From the human T2T-CHM13v2.0 reference genome, Homo sapiens: a stretch of DNA of 64,000 nt. How positions within the stretch are numbered: the first letter of the stretch is position 1; each line of letters begins with the position of its first letter. The stretch lies in NCBI RefSeq assembly GCF_009914755.1, contig NC_060931.1; one strand, given 5' to 3'. Position numbers and translations under genes: made by a program. A model generated the notes under the pieces. That model worked only from the letters and a program-made list of their open reading frames with translations, did no database searches and was not told the DNA's origin. This document shows, one piece after another, positions 48,606 to 64,000 of the stretch.

Positions 48606-48823
48606 AGCTGGGACTACAGGCCTGCACCACTGCGCCTGGCTGTCAGTTGTTTGTTAGTGTGTTTTAAGACTTAATATATTAAGATTAGTTTTAGGTTCTT
48701 GGCAAAATTAAGAGGAAAGCACAGAGATTTTCCATACACCTTCTGCCCCAACATATGCATAACCTCTCCCATTATCAGCATCCCCCACTGGAGTAGTACA
48801 TTTGTTACAATAGATGAACAAAC

Positions 48824-49656
<833 letters not shown>

Positions 49657-49858
49657 CTACATTGACACATTAAGATCACCCAGAGTTCATCATTTACATG
49701 TAGGGTTTACTCTTGTTTTCTTACTTTCTGTGAGTTTAGACAAATGTATAACGACATGTATCCATCTTTATAGTAGTATATAGTATATTTTCACTGCCCT
49801 AAAAATTCTCTCTGCCCTGCCGGTTCATCCCCCTCACCAACCTCTGATAACCCACAAC

Positions 49859-50920
49859 TGTAACCCCCAATGGGTTCTACTTGCCTTCTGCCAGATGAAG
49901 CCAATTTATCAAGATGGGAATTGCAATAGAGAAACTGTTTCATACACATAGAGCCAACTAAATTGGAGACTGGAGTTTTGGTATTACTCATATCAGCCTC
50001 CCTGAAAATTTGGAAGCTAGGGTTTTTGAAAGATAGTTTGGCAGGCATGGACTAGGGAATGGGAAATGCTGATTGGTTAAGTTAGGGATGAAATAATAGG
50101 GAGTTGAATCTGTCCTCTTGCATGGAGTCAGTTCCTGGGTGGGAGGTCACAAGACCAGATATCCCAGTTTATGGGTCTGGGTAACACCAGTGGATCCATT
50201 AGAATGCAGGGTCTGAAAAATATGTCAAACATCAGTCTTAGGTTTTACAGTAGTAATGTTATCCATAGGAGCAATTGAGGAGGTTAGGAAGTTTATGGCC
50301 TCTGACTGCGTGACTTCTGAGCCATTATTTTGTTTATTTATTTATTTATTTATTTTGAGATGGAGTCTCGCTCTTTCGCCCAGGCTGGATTGCAATGGCG
50401 CAATCTCAGGTCACTGCAACCCCTGCCTCCCAGGTTCAAGCGATCCTTGTGCCTCAGCCTCCTGAGTAGCTGGGACTACAGATGTGTGCCACCATGCCCA
50501 GCAAATTTTTGTAGGCGTGGTGGTTTAGTAGAGACAGGGTTTTGCCATCTTGGCCAGTCTTGAACTCCTGACCTCAAGCAATGGTCTCCCGCCATGCCTG
50601 CCATGGCCTCCCAAAGTGCTGGGATTACAGGCATGAACCACTGCATCTGGCCCTGAGCCATTATTTCTTATTTTGTGGCAAATTTGTTAGTTTTACAAAG
50701 GTGATCTAGTCTCCAAGCAAGGAGGATGTTTGTTTTGGGGAGGGCCTGTCACTGTCTTTGTTTCAAAATTAAAGTGTAAATTCCTCACAAAGTTAGCTAG
50801 ACCTACACCTAGGAATGAACAAGGGCAGTTGGGAGGTTAAAGTCACGATGCAGTTGATTAGGTCATATCTCTTTTGCTGTCATAATTTTCTCACTTGTAA
50901 TTTTTGCAAAGGTGGTTTCT
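49859..50920 (-). mobile_element. LTR8-type solo LTR containing an Alu
   Basis: Minus strand starts GAAACCACCTTTGCAAAAATTA. Confidence 0.75.
50328..50652 (-). mobile_element. AluS
   Basis: TSD CTGAGCCATTATT. Confidence 0.92.
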
Positions 50921-51334
50921 CCACTGATCTGTGTACTCTCACCCTAGTTTTGCCTTTTCTGGCGTGTTACATGTTGGAATCATACAGAATGTAGCCTTTT
51001 CAAATTGGCTTCTTGGCTGCTTTTATTTGGTAATATGCGTTTAAGTTTCCTATGTGTCTTTTCATGGCTTGATCATTTCTTTTTAGCTCTGATAAATATT
51101 TCATTGTCTGGGTGTACTGCAGTTTGTTCATTTACCTACTGAAGGATATCCTGGTTGCTTCCAAGTTTTGTCAATTATGAATGAAGCTGCAGTAAACATC
51201 CGTTTGCAGGGTTTTGAGTGTACATAATTTTTCAACTTCTTTGGATAAATACCAAGGAATGCAATTGCTGGATCATATGGTAAGAGTATGTTTAGTTTTG
51301 TTAGAAATTGTAAAGTGTCTTCCAAAGTGGCTGT

Positions 51335-51535
51335 ACCATTTTACATTTCCACCAGCGGTGAATGAGAGTTTCTGTAGCATATCCTTGCCAGCGTTTTGGT
51401 GACCATTTTATATTTCCACCAGCAGTGAATGAGAGTTTCTGTAGCATATCCTTGCCAGCGTTTTAGTGACCGTTTTACATTTCCACCAGCAGTGAATGAG
51501 AGTTTCTGTAGTGTATCCTTGCCAGCATTTTGGTG
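51335..51535. repeat. 67-bp unit repeated 3 times in tandem
   Basis: Units start at 51335, 51402 and 51469 (ACCATTTTACATTTCCACCAGC...GTTTTGGTG). Confidence 0.95.
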
Positions 51536-51613
51536 GTCTCAGTGTTTTGGATGTTGGCTGTTTTAATTAAGGTGTATAGTGATATCTCGTGTTTTAATTC
51601 ATGTTTTCCTAAT

Positions 51614-52068
51614 TGTCACATGCATCCGTGTGAAGAGACCACCAAACAGGCTTTGTGTGAGCAACAAGGCTGTTTATTTCACCTGAGTGCAGGCAGGCTG
51701 AGTCCAAAAAGAGAGTCAGCAAAGGGTGGTGGGATTATCATTAGTTCTTATAGGTTTTGGGATAGGCGGTGGAGTTAGGAGCAATGTTTTGCAGGCAGGG
51801 GGTGGATCTCATAAAGTACATTCTCAAGGGTGGGGAGAATTACAAAGAACCTTCTTAAGGGTGGGGGAGATTACAAAGAACCTTCTTAAGGGTGGGGGAG
51901 ATTACAAAGTACATTGATGAGTTAGAGTGGGGCAGAAACAAATCACAATGGTGGAATGTCATCAGTTAAGGCTATTTTCACTTCTTTTGTGGATCTTCAT
52001 TTGCTTCAGGCCATCTGGATGTATATGTGCAGGTCACAATGGCTTAGCTTGGGTTAAGAGGCCTGACA
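51614..52068 (-). mobile_element. Solo LTR7 (HERV-H), LTR7B-like
   Basis: Minus strand starts TGTCAGGCCTCTTAACCCAAGCTAAGCC; TG...CA ends; 5-bp TSD CTAAT; ~31-bp tandem U3 repeats. Confidence 0.9.
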
Positions 52069-53679
52069 CTAATGACTAGTGATGATGAACATCTTGTGCT
52101 TATTTTTCACCTTTATATTGTCTTTGGTGAAATGTTGCTCATTTATTTTGCCCATTTTCCAATTGGATTTTTTTTTTCCAATTTTGAGAGTTTTTGATAC
52201 ATTCTAAATGCTAGTCCTTTGTCAGTTATGTGGTTTGCAAATATTTTCTCCTAGGCTGTAGTTTGTTTTTTTATCCTTTTAACACAGTCTTTTTCAGAGC
52301 AGAAGTTTTAAATTTTGATGAAACCCAGTTTATCATTTTTTCCTTTTTGGGGTTATTCTTTTGGTGTCAAGTATAAGAACTCTTTACCTACTTCTAGGTC
52401 CTGAAGATTTGCTCCTGTTTTGTTTTTTGTTTTTATTTTTATTTTTGATAACTTTATGTTTTACATTTAAGCCCATGATCTATTTTGAATTAACTTTTCC
52501 ATATGATTTGAAGTTTTAGGTCAAGGTTTATTTATTTTTTGCTTAGGGATATCCAGTTGCTTCAGCGTAATTTGTTAAAAGACTATTTCTCCTGCATTTA
52601 ATTACTCGGGTACCTTAGTAAAAAATCAATTAGGCATATTTGTCAGTCTAGTGTTTTCTTTCTATTCCATGTCTGTTAGCTGTCACACTGCCTTGTTACC
52701 TGTGGCAATACATTAATCCTTAACATCAGAAAGAGTTACTCCTTTCACTTAATTCATCTATTTCAAAATTGCTTTGGCTATAATAGAACCTTATTTTCCA
52801 CTGTACATTTTATAATAAGCTTGTCTTTATGTACAAAAAACATATCTGGGATTTTGATTGGAATTGCATTAAACGAGGTCAATTTGGGGAGCATTAATAT
52901 CTTTTCTGTGCTGCATTGCTTCAATTTTAAAATTTAAATTTAAATTTAAATGAAATCAAATCAAGAATTGAGTTCCTCATTCAGTCTCAGTAATAATGTT
53001 TCAAGTGCTCAGTAGTCATCTTGGTTTGTGGCTTCTCTATTGGACAGTGTAGCTCTGGACTCCTGTGCATACTGGTCCTTGTTTCTTGAACACCTTCCTT
53101 TGATTTAGCTTGGCCAACTTCTTATCCTTTTAGACTTAGCTTAGATGGCACATTTTCCTGGAAACCTTTTCTGCCCCATGCCTCATTTCTCAGCCCAAGT
53201 GCTCCCACTGAACTTTGTTCATTTCTATTTATGGCAATTATTATGCACTTGCTGCTCTTCATTATATTGTGTGGTGATTAACTACCTTATTACTTGTTTG
53301 CTTTCCCACTAAATTATAAGCTGCTTTAAATCAGAAATTGTGAGATCATCTTTATATCCTTAGCATTTGATATTTGGTGTATATACAATAAGTAACTGGG
53401 GATATATGGACAGTAGTATCACATCTAGTTATTTACATGGTGACTACTTATTTTCTAGAATTGTAGTCTCTAAACTTTTGGAGCATATATATTTATATAT
53501 ATTATAAATTCTGAACTGTCTTACAATTAGCTAATATCCGAAGCATGATACATTACCTAGTGGGGAGTGTTCATTAATAACAGTAGATATCAATTTGCAT
53601 TCCAAGTAGTCTTCTTGATATTTTTGAAAGTTTTAGGTTGTTTTTAGACTTAATTATATTGCCATTTTTTTAAAAAGTA

Positions 53680-54110
53680 TGGTACGTGTGTCATAACTAA
53701 TGAACTAATATTGACACAGTATTGCTAACTAAAGTCCATTCTTATTCACATTTAGCCTAGTCTTTATTCACATTAACTTAGGTCATTAGCCTAATGACCT
53801 TTTTCTGTTCCAGGATTCCACCCAGGAGATCACATTATATTTAGTTGTCATGTCACCTTAGCGCTCTAGGCTGTGAGAGTTTCTCAGCCTTTCCCTGTTT
53901 TTGATGACCTTGACAGTTTTGAAGGTACACATAGTCTTTTGTAGAATGTCCCCCAGCTGGGATTTCTCTAATGTCTTTCTCATGAAAAAACTGGGGTTTT
54001 GAGTTGGTGGGATGAAAGCCATAGAGGTAAAGTGCCATTCCCACCATATCAGGTGTACATTATTGCCATTGTTTTTACCTCATTAATGTGGCTGATGAGC
54101 TTGCACTAAT
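53680..54110 (-). mobile_element. Old L1M (L1MC-like) 3'UTR fragment
   Basis: TTCTGTTCCAGGATTCCACCCAGG...CACATTATATTTAGTTGTCATGTC motifs. Confidence 0.65.
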
Positions 54111-54519
54111 AGTTGGAAAAGTATTCTCCACTGTTATCTTTTGCTTGTGCTTGCATTGTTAATGTTGTCTTCAGAACATTCTTTATGGGCATCTTTTGAA
54201 GTTATCTGTCCATTTTAGGGGTTAGTTTAATTAAACTAGATAATATAAATTTAAATCCATTTAACTGACATATCAAACTGTAGCACATATAAATAGCATA
54301 CATCAAAAGTAAATACAGGGGTATAGGTGGAGGTTTCTTCAGTGCAGGGGAACAGGAGAACTTCTGTTCTTCCCTCATATTATTTATTGCCTGTATTCTA
54401 CATGTCCTAGACTGTATGTTACACAGTCATGAGGATGCTAAGGATAATCTATAAATATTAATAAAAAAAATTTCTTTTTAATGTTTTACATATATATTTT
54501 TTTAGAGTGAATTATGTTT

Positions 54520-54754
54520 TTAATTATACTTTTAAGTTCTGGGGTACATGCGCACAACGTGCAGGTTTGTTACACAGGTATACATGTGCCATGTTGGTTT
54601 GCTGCACCCATCAACTCGTCATTTACATTAGGTATTTCTCTTAATGCTATCCCTCCCCCAGTCCCCCAGCCCCTGACAGGCCCCTCCCTGTGTCCATGTA
54701 TTCTCATTGTTCACCTCCCACTTTTAAGTGAGAACATGTGGTGTTTGGTTTTCT
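54520..54754 (-). mobile_element. Short L1PA 3'UTR fragment
   Basis: TTATACTTTTAAGTTCTGGGGTACATGCGCACAACGTGCAGG... Confidence 0.88.
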
Positions 54755-55077
54755 AACCAGAAATTTTAAATACGAATTCTGTTATTTTTCCCCTTACCCT
54801 AGTGGATTGCCTTGCTGTGTATAATCTCTGTATCCCTGGGGTACTGACATTTGACTCTGGATACTAATTGTCTAGTAGAGTACTAAAAGAATTTCAAAAG
54901 TTGTCATTTTACTGGCTTCCTGAGTTGATTCTTTTTTACATTCTCTAGACTTTTTCAAGTTAGACTTCTGTACCTGGTATCCTTGCTGTGACAGTTCCCT
55001 TATATTTCCTGACAAACAAGGTGGGTTGTATATTGGAATTCCAACCTTGTAGTTAGTTAGAACCCTGGGAATCCTTA

Positions 55078-55822
55078 CAGAAATGCAAATCAAAACCACA
55101 GTGAGATACCATCTCACACCAGTTAGAATGGCGATCATTAAAAAGTCAGGAAACAACAGGTGCTGGAGAGGATGTGGAGAAATAGGAACACTTTTACACT
55201 GTTGGTGGGACTGTAAACTAGTTCAGCCATTGTGGAAGTCAGTGTGGTGATTCCTCAAGGATCTAGAACTAGAAATACCATTTGACCCAGCAGTCCCATT
55301 ACTGGGTATATACCCAAAGGATTATAAATCATGCTGCTATAAAGACACATGCATACGTATGTTTATTGTGGCACTATTCACAATAGCAAAGACTTGGAAC
55401 CAACCCAAATGTCCAACAATGATAGACTGGATTAAGAAAATGTGGCACATGCATACCATGAAATGCTATGCAGCCATAAAAAATGATTTCATGTCCTTTG
55501 TAGGGACATGGATGAAGCTGGAAACCATCATTCTCAGCAAACTATCCCAAGGACAAAAAACCAAACACCGCATGTTCTCACTCATAGGTGGGAATTGAAC
55601 AATGAGAACACATGGACACAGGAAGGGGAATATCACACACTGGGGCCTGTTGTGGGGTGGGGGGTGGGGGAAGGGATAGGATTAGGAGATATACCTAATG
55701 TTAAATGATGAGTTAATCATGATGAGTTAATCATGGTGTGCCATGAGCACACCAACATGGCACATGTATACATATGTAACTAACCTGCACGTTGTGCACA
55801 GGTTAAAGTATAAAAAAAAAAA
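55078..55822 (+). mobile_element. 5'-truncated L1PA (ORF2 end, 3'UTR, polyA)
   Basis: [29 protein letters not shown]... peptide and polyA tail. Confidence 0.92.
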
Positions 55823-55985
55823 TACAATCATTGCTAGGTTACTTGTCTTAAAATTTCCTTTTGGGGGCTAGGTTAATTGAGAGAACACTTTTAGCAGGCT
55901 AACAGTTACATTTCCACGAATATAGAATATGAAAGCTTTTACCCATGAACCTTTTTTTGTTGTTTAATGTTTCCATTTCTTCTGA

Positions 55986-56306
<321 letters not shown>

Positions 56307-57711
56307 GAGTTTCCCCATGTTTATGAGTAATTCTTTGAAATGGAAAGATGCATGACCAGTGTCATTGGAAAAAATAATTAAAAAATAATATAGACCAGGA
56401 TCACTATAAGAAACCCAGTGTATGGACTATGACCTTAAACTGTGATAAAATAGGACTAACAGGAGATTTTTAACTTTAGCTAACTTTTTAGGAACAAACT
56501 ATTTCATTCTGTAGTTAATTTAAAAATACTTCAACTTATAAAAATTTGATTCATGAAGCTTTAAAATTGTTACAGTGTAAGGCTCAATGTAAATTATTGA
56601 AAAATGTATACACGTGTAAACAACCTGTTTTTTTCTTTTTTCTGTTTACTGTTAGCAATTCAATGGTATAAGGAAAGTATACTTGCTGAGATTCTAATTG
56701 AACAGAACATAGTATAAAGTTACACATTTTTATTTAAATAAGTTCTCTATTATTTTCCAGCAAAATGGCATACACGTCTTTTAGATTCCTTCAAGTCTGT
56801 ATTATTCACATAATTAGTGCCAGCCTCTATAACAAATAATTCCAAAGTCTTAGTGGCTTAATATGATAAAAATGTATGTCTTGTTCTTAAAACATAGTTT
56901 GTAGATGTTCCTGTTGAGGCAGCTCTCCTGGGGGTAATCTCCTCTAAGCAGTGATGCTAGAATCTAAACTTCCTTAACATTTTAGACTTGTAGCCATGTG
57001 TATGACCTTTTAGATTTCCAGAAATATGTGGGTGCTTTTCAAAGCTTTATTCACCAGAGCATCACATTCACCAGACTTTCCTCCCAAGTTTTTTGGTTAG
57101 TCTGTTGTTTTCCCCCAATATCCCTTGCCCCAGGCAGCACTGACTAACATTTGCTTTACATATTTTTGTTGAAGTTTCCCAAATAGCCCCCTCAGCACAG
57201 GGAGAGTTCTAAGTCAAGCAAGAGAAAGGCAGTCCCTTTGAGCTTGTCCTCCAGGAAATCACCAAATAAGTCATAACAAACAACCCCAATTTTTTTTTTC
57301 TTTTTATTAAAGAATAAGGCCTATTCAGTTCCCTCTGGTACTGAGTATGTCTACCAGGAGTGTGGGCTGATGTCTTCAAGGCCACTGGTCATCTGGGGAA
57401 CATGGAAGTAGATAAGAGTGAGTTAAAAAGCCACGAAACTGTCCTACTGAGATTTAGTTCTTTTTTTCTTGACTAAACATTTACCTGATTGCTGTAAGCT
57501 TTCCATTAGTTTCGGGAGTTTCGAGAAGGTTGGTTCTGACAGTATTTGCCAGTGTATTTGTTGCTTTTTGGAGGGTTAGACCATTGGTGTTCTCTACTCC
57601 GCCATATTTGCTGCCATCTGATTCTATGATTTTTGTCTGAGGATGGTGCTATCCTGATGACATTAGGAAAGGAAAGATAATGACAAGGATTTGTTAACAA
57701 TAGGCCAATGG

Positions 57712-58310
57712 CCACCCTTCGTCTGGGAGGTGAGGAGCGCCTCTGCCCGGCTGCCCTATCTGGGAAGTGAGGAGCGCCTCTGCCCGGCCGTCCCATCTGG
57801 GAGGTGAGGAGTGTCTCTGCCCGGCCGCCCCGTCTGGGAGGTGAGTAGCGCCCCTGCCCGGCCGCCCATCGTCTGGGAAGTGAGGAGCGCCCCTGCCCGG
57901 CCGCCCATCGTCTGGGAAGTGAGGAGCGCCCCTGCCCGGCCGCCCTGTCTGGGAAGTGAGGAGCGCCTCTGCCCGGCCACCCCATCTGGGAAGTGAGGAG
58001 CGCCTCTGCCCAGCCGCCCCATCTGGGAAGTGAGGAGCGCCTCTGCCCGGCCGCCCCATCTGGGAGGTGTACCCAATAGCTCTGAAGAGACAGCGACCAT
58101 CGAGAACGGGCCATGACGACGATGGCGGTTTTGTCAAAAAGAAAAGGGGGAAATGTGGGGAAAAGAAAGAGAGATCAGATTGTTACTGTGTCTATGTAGA
58201 AAGAAGTAGACATAGGAGACTCCATTTTGTTCTGTACTAAGAAAAATTCTTCTGCCTTGGGATGCTGTTAATCTACAACCTTACCCCCCGACCCCCAAAA
58301 GAAAAAAAAG
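57712..58310 (+). mobile_element. SVA (SVA_A-like), truncated at both 5' and 3' ends
   Basis: VNTR units (TCTGGGAAGTGAGGAGCGCCTCTGCCCGGCCGCCCC), then ~230 bp of SINE-R and a short A tract. TSD AATAGGCCAATGG at 57699-57711 and 58311-58323. Confidence 0.93.
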
Positions 58311-58633
58311 AATAGGCCAATGGAAAAGTGTCCAAATGGAGATGCGCTGTAAGCGGTTGTAAATATGTGACTGTGGTGAAAGGCAGAGGTGGTCAGACTT
58401 GAGATTAGGTTTTGAATTTGGCAATGCTGAAGCTCTGGAACATAGAGGTGTATTGGTGGAAGGAATGACAAATGGCTGCTGAAGCCTGAGCTTTGGAGAA
58501 CAGTCAGTGTAGGCACAATAAGACTTTTCTTTTTCTTTTTTAAGTAGGAAAATTATTTTTTGGAATTTAATATAAACAAACATTAATTTCTACTTGTTTC
58601 AGTTTCTTTGTCATCTCTTAAAAAAAAAAAGTA

Positions 58634-59024
58634 CAGATGGTCCCCCACTTAACGATGGTTGGACTTAAAATATTTTTACTTTTACAGGGATGCAAAAGTG
58701 AAACACATTTAGTAGAAACTGTGCTTTGCATTGTGATCTTTTTCTAGGCTAGCGACATACAGTGCAATAGCCTTTTGTGATGCTGGGCAGTGGCTGGGTC
58801 CCAATCAGCTACTCAGTCACAGTACTCTACAGTGTACTGTGTTGCCAGTGTTTATTTTGCCTGTCTGTAGGCTAATGTGAGTGTTCTGAGCATGTTTAAG
58901 GTAGGATAGGCTAAGCTATGATCTTGGGTAGGTTAAGTGTGTTAAATTATTTTCCTCTATTAGTATTTTTACCTTACAGTGGGTTTGTCAGGACACTACC
59001 CCATCATAAGTCAGCAAGCATCTA
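58634..59024. mobile_element. MER47/Tigger5-type MITE
   Basis: TA|CAGATGGTCCCCCACTTAACGATGG ... CCATCATAAGTCAGCAAGCATCTA|TA. Confidence 0.7.
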
Positions 59025-59119
59025 TATAGTCTATGGGACTCGACTTCACAATTAGCTGCTGTTTGGTTGGGATTACACAAAGAATGATTACAACAGTAAG
59101 TTTCTCTGCTGGTTTCTTA

Positions 59120-62360
<3,241 letters not shown>

Positions 62361-62714
62361 GTTCATAGTTCTTTTATATAGCTATGACATTTATGCCCTA
62401 AGTCATCTTGAGTTGCGTGAATTCATCACACACACAGTGAATAACTAGTGGTGGAGATTTGAAGTGAAACTGATCTACCAATGTGGGGATGGAGGGATGA
62501 TAGACTAACATAATTTCCATAATTTGCATCATACTGAAGCAACATATTATTATATAAACAAAATTACATAGTGAACTGAAACTATAGGAAAGATGGCAAG
62601 ATAAACCTATTAGGGAATATAGTTTGAAATAATGTGTCATGGCTGTGATGAAATTGTAATGGAAAACAATAGCTTGGAGTTCTTTGAATATAACTCACTC
62701 TTTAAAAGATTAAA

Positions 62715-63024
<310 letters not shown>

Positions 63025-63826
63025 TCAAAGGATTTTCCTACCTTTTTTTTTTTTTTTTTTTTTGCTTGTTTTTATTTTGGTTACCAGTTAGCATTCCATT
63101 AGCATGTTTTTTATGGGTATTTATTTGAAAATCAACATTTGACTTTCAAATGTGGAATTAAATGGACTTTGCTGCCTTTTTAATAATACTTTTTTTGTGA
63201 TTGAAGAATTTAAATGACTAGGTGAGATTTTGTAAAATGGTGTAAAGGAGAAACACCTCCAAATAATCATGTTTATACTAATCCTCACTGAGTATCCTCA
63301 TTTTCTTGGGATAAACCTCGGTCTGAATTCTGATATTTAGATTTGCAAGCTCATCCATTCAAATTTGTTCAAGTTCTATGTGTTTTTGTGAAACTGAAGA
63401 GGTTAATATGCAGACTGCAAGGCTAAGTTGGCAGTTTGCCTTGTAAAACAGAATTTGTCAGGTGAATTGTGAATACAGGTTTTAGCTGGTCAGTACAGTT
63501 TACACATTTTATTCTTTTCCTTTTTTCTTTAATAAATGTGTATCAATGCCTGGTATTGCTAGACAGTGAAGGGATGTGGGTGTCTTGGCATGATCCTGTG
63601 TCTTGAGGACTTTGCTGTCAACATCAACAGTAAGAAGTCTGCTATAAAAAAACTTTGTACAAATTGCCAAGAGAGCATAGAGGCAAACCTGGGGCAGGGG
63701 TACAGGTGTCCTCAACAATATGACATTTGAACTGAGTCTTGACATCTTGTTCCATGAAGTAAATAAGGACATTCCAAATAGAATATATGGCTGCTGATGC
63801 ATGGATGGGTATAGAATATTTGGGAA

Positions 63827-64000
63827 TGTAAACCAGAAACTATCTGAGACAAGTCTAAACCAATTAACTTAGTAGTTTTTTGTCAAAGTTAAGGACATGC
63901 TCGTGACACAGCCTCAGGAGGTCCTGACATCATATGCCCTAGGTGGTTGGGCAACAGCTTGCTTTATACATTTTAGGGGACATAAGACATCAGTAAATAC
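63827..64000 (-). mobile_element. MER4-group LTR (MER4/MER41-like), runs off the window
   Basis: GACACAGCCTCAGGAGGTCCTGAC...TTTATACATTTTAGGG motif. Confidence 0.7.

Noticed and set aside
51335-51535. CRISPR-like periodic repeat
   Set aside because: Head-to-tail repeats with no spacers, inside an L1, in eukaryotic DNA.
54520-55822. Twin-primed single L1 insertion
   Set aside because: Both pieces contain the same 3'UTR segment with their own tails and are separated by ~320 bp of unique DNA, so they are two insertions.
57506-58137. Repetitive 114-202 aa ORFs
   Set aside because: Translations of the SVA VNTR.

Overview
Primate (almost certainly human) genomic DNA, AT-rich and mostly transposon-derived; nothing prokaryotic. 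The only real protein-coding sequence is exon 1 of SDHAF3 (ACN9/LYRM10, succinate dehydrogenase assembly factor 3) at 15422-15595 (+). It lies in a CpG island with NRF1 and ETS motifs and ends at a non-canonical GC splice donor. The rest of the window is ~15 kb of upstream DNA and ~48 kb of intron 1; the C-terminal coding exon is not present. Nearly all ORF-track entries are Alu/L1/LTR/SVA artefacts. Features the ORF track misses: (1) a MER11 (HERV-K HML-8) LTR followed by a 63-nt copy of mature tRNA-Lys(CTT) instead of viral internal sequence, resembling a fossil reverse-transcription intermediate; (2) a decayed HMGB3 processed pseudogene on the minus strand; (3) a candidate stop-containing 80-nt cassette exon; (4) four local 120-270 bp duplications plus fold-back palindromes that look like templated repair scars; (5) an SVA truncated at both ends. 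I found no evidence for a new multi-gene system. Repeat subfamily names come from recalled consensus sequences, and repeat boundaries are approximate.
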